Source: Macrostomum lignano (taxonomy: Eukaryota). Taken from it: a stretch of DNA of 64,000 nt. Position numbers and translations under genes: made by a program. The stretch is from NCBI GenBank assembly GCA_002269645.1, contig NIVC01000029.1, forward strand, positions 186,001-250,000, given 5' to 3'. The notes beneath the pieces are model-generated. The model did not search any database, was not told the origin of the DNA, and was given only the letters and a program-made list of their open reading frames with translations. Below, piece by piece: positions 61,336 through 64,000 of the stretch. Position 1 is the stretch's first letter; each line of letters begins with the position of its first letter.

Positions 61336-61576
61336 ACAACAGATGATTGCCAGCAAGAACACAAAGCCAGTTTTGGCGTAATTAGATTCCAGTTCTTCGT
61401 ATGCGCTTAAGATCCAGAAAATCGGTCGATGAATAATTGTCTTTAGGCAGTTTACTGTTGTCGATTCGGAGTGCCGATAGCGGCTTTGGTTGATTAGTGA
61501 CGGCGGGCTGATGATGCCGCTTTAACAGCAGAGGCTCGCGTTCCGGCGACTTGTACGAGTATAGTTTTGATGGCAT
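61336..61576 (-). other. Candidate first coding exon of the OCA2-like gene, with an apparent 1-nt frameshift
   Basis: ATG ORF containing EREPLL (acidic dileucine motif) and KRIRR. One base out of frame it continues NYAKTGFVFLLAIICC followed by a GTGAGT donor. Confidence 0.45.
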
Positions 61577-62489
61577 GCTAAAATAGTTTGTTAGGTTAAT
61601 ACGAGCCCGTAAATTTACTTTATATATACGCGTAATATGTTTAGCTAGCTATTTATATAGCGAGTGGTTATCGTAGTTTATATGATACAGTGGCTATAAC
61701 TAATGTACGATATATAACTTTATGTCTAATATTGAATTTTTAAATAATAGAAATAGTATATCATGCAAAATATTTTCTATTTAAAAATGAAATTTAATAT
61801 AAAAAACTGATCTACACGTTATCTACAAGTGCACAAAGTTTCATACTATGTTTATAAATCCAATGCCATAAAAAGTTACAACACCAAAAAATCTGTTTAC
61901 ATATATATAATGTAAAATTATACATGCATGAATTTACTTCCATACCTTATGAATCTTTCAGATTAAACGGCAGAATGGTCATGTAGTAAATTGAGTCGTG
62001 TTCTTTGGAATCTTGTGCAGCAGTGCTTTGCGATTTAATTTAACCGATTTCTCCTTTGCTTTATCGCGTCATATAATTTTTGTCGCGTTTTTTACTTTAC
62101 AAGCAGTAAATTTCTGTTCAGTAAAAAAAATCAATCTTGCTGTAAGAAATTGACTGCTGGATTCAATGTTTTACGGGTGAATTATTGTTATAGTGTAGTG
62201 TAATTTACGGAATGATCACCCTTCCATTCAAACCAGCAGAAAATTCTAGAATAAAATTACAATTTTATTGACGATTTTCATTGCCGGTATGTTCAAACTC
62301 AGCTGCAGGCATTGCTTTTTCACATGCACATATTGCACAAATTCGACTCCATAATTAAATTTTGTTCTCGATCGATCAATCGTGACGGGATCGGATCTTC
62401 TAACACTATTCAAACGTGACATAAATATTTATCAGTTATGATTTAGTGGCACCTATTTTCAGATCCCTCATTACCCGTAAACTGGCCTC

Positions 62490-62620
62490 GATGACTCAGC
62501 CACCTCTTTGCAGCACCCAGGATTCCCTTTTAGCCAATCACAGCACGGCAATTATCACTGGGTTGCCTAGCAGTGGAAGTCACGGGACATTTCACGTGAC
62601 TCTCGGCTTATAAATACATG
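62490..62620 (+). promoter_or_regulatory. Pol II promoter-like cassette (AP-1-like, CCAAT, E-box, TATA)
   Basis: TGACTCA, GCCAATCA, CACGTG and TATAAATA in order within ~130 bp. Confidence 0.4.
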
Positions 62621-63174
62621 TCCATGCATGAGCCTTTTTATTTGACCCCGCTTTGATCAACTTGGCCCTCTGGTCAACCTGATCCACCCGGGCAAATCTC
62701 AAGAGACTTTCCCCAATCGCCAAAGCGGGTATCCTCGACAAACAACCATAAGCCTCCGCCCTTGAATAACTTGCTCTAACACCGACACGGACGACATCGA
62801 CGAACTCCGCTGAAGACAGCTCCCGTGACGGCGAAACGGCCCCTGGACTGTGAGGCGACCCCGGTCTGATTATTTAAGGCACATGCACTTTTGCTTTTTT
62901 TGCTTTGCTGCTCTTTGGGCCCTAATTTTTAATTACCTCAATTTTTCTTTGCTAACCGACCGTGTTTTTATAGCGCGAGAATCACTCGATCGCCTGCCCT
63001 AAACATTTTCTAACGGAAACCAGCTACAAAGGGGCGCCAGCTACAAAGGGGACGCCAGCTACAGAGTGGGCGCCAGCTACAGAGGGGCGCCAGCTGCACA
63101 AACGCATTAACTACAGAGGTTCCCTTCCGACTGATGCTGAAAGCTGGCTGCAACAAGTTGTTGCAGTTCTATAC

Positions 63175-63971
63175 GACGGCTTCCTGCTGCGCAGACGCAT
63201 CAGTCGCCGCCACGGCGAAAAGCGCCTGAGCGTGCTTGGCTACGCCGACGACCTCGCCCTCCTGTCCTCGTCCGTTGAAGGCGCTCAGCGCCAGATCGTC
63301 AGACTGGTTGAGGTGGCATCGAGCGTCGGACTGGTTGTCAACACGCTAAAAACCGAGGTGCTGACTGTGCCGGCCGACATCCCAGCGGACCTAACATGCC
63401 GCGGTGCAGACGGGCAGACGACCAGGCTCGCACGCTGCCAGCGGTTCACCTACCTTGACGGTCTGGTGCCTCACGTGGACGAAAACCTCCGGCGGCACCG
63501 AGGACTTGCCTGGGCGGCCTTCCGTTTGATCCAGGCCGTCTTCCAGTCCAAAGCGCTGCCCGACCGCCAGAGGGCTCGGCTGTGACAGGCGGTGCTCGAA
63601 CCCGTCCTGCTCTACAAAGCCGAGACGTGGACGCTTACGGCTACGCTGGAACGGCAGCTGGACTCGGCGCACTCAGGGCTGCTCCGTGCGGCCTTTTGAG
63701 CTGACGAGAGCGTCGGGACCGAGGCCCTGAACAATCGGGCCAAGCTGCAGCGCCCCGTCCATCATCCTGCGTCGGCGGTGACTTCAACTGGCGGGCCACG
63801 AGATCTGGGCCTGTTCAGGACGTCCTGCTGCTCACCCTGCAGGGCCCGCTCAGGCGGAGTCAGGCCCGAACCCGTCGATACGTGGACTGCCTGCTGTGCG
63901 ACGCCAGGGCGCCCGACACTGCCAACGGGGCGGACTTCGTCCGCTCTCAGGCTCTGCGGCGCGCCATCTGA
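63175..63971 (+). pseudogene. 5'-truncated non-LTR retrotransposon (RTE-like) reverse transcriptase, decayed
   Basis: DGFLLRRRISRR..RLSVLGYADDLALLS, GLVVNTLKTE, FTYL, GLAWAAF, LLYKAETWTLT; in-frame stops at ~63583 and ~63697 and a later frameshift. Confidence 0.88.
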
Positions 63972-64000
63972 CGCACCCTGCTCTGTGGCCTTGATTGCGG

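Overview
Eukaryotic (metazoan) genomic DNA that is repeat-dense and AT-rich outside genes. The GCT/CTG-rich codon style, short introns and intronic minisatellites suggest a flatworm such as Macrostomum, which is an inference only. Host genes: PHPT1 (Janus/Ocnus phosphohistidine phosphatase), a Mis12-like kinetochore protein, a 134-aa orphan ORF, a 3-exon CEPT1/CHPT1 (397 aa reconstructed), an intronless rhodopsin-class peptide-type GPCR, and a minus-strand multi-exon OCA2/P-protein transporter (7 exons placed by hand, 5' end unresolved). Mobile DNA, traced where possible by TIRs and target-site duplications (TSDs): a full-length Tc1/mariner copy with DD36D spacing, a BED-hAT transposase fragment, a Merlin deletion derivative, two hAT MITEs with 8-bp TSDs, a 3-copy MITE family, tRNA-derived SINEs, two related non-LTR (RTE-like) 3' ends, and a decayed Ty3/gypsy element. 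The gypsy RNase H is split by a 2.2-kb TG..CA insertion with a 4-bp TSD, and the element carries a peptide-repeat region plus a decayed ~330-codon frame of unknown function. A 2.7-kb near-perfect foldback palindrome, itself interrupted by a hAT MITE, lies in the putative OCA2 5' intron. No prokaryotic system or CRISPR array is supported. The best candidates for undescribed biology are the gypsy 3' extra coding region, the foldback element, the DD36D transposase and two orphan ORFs.
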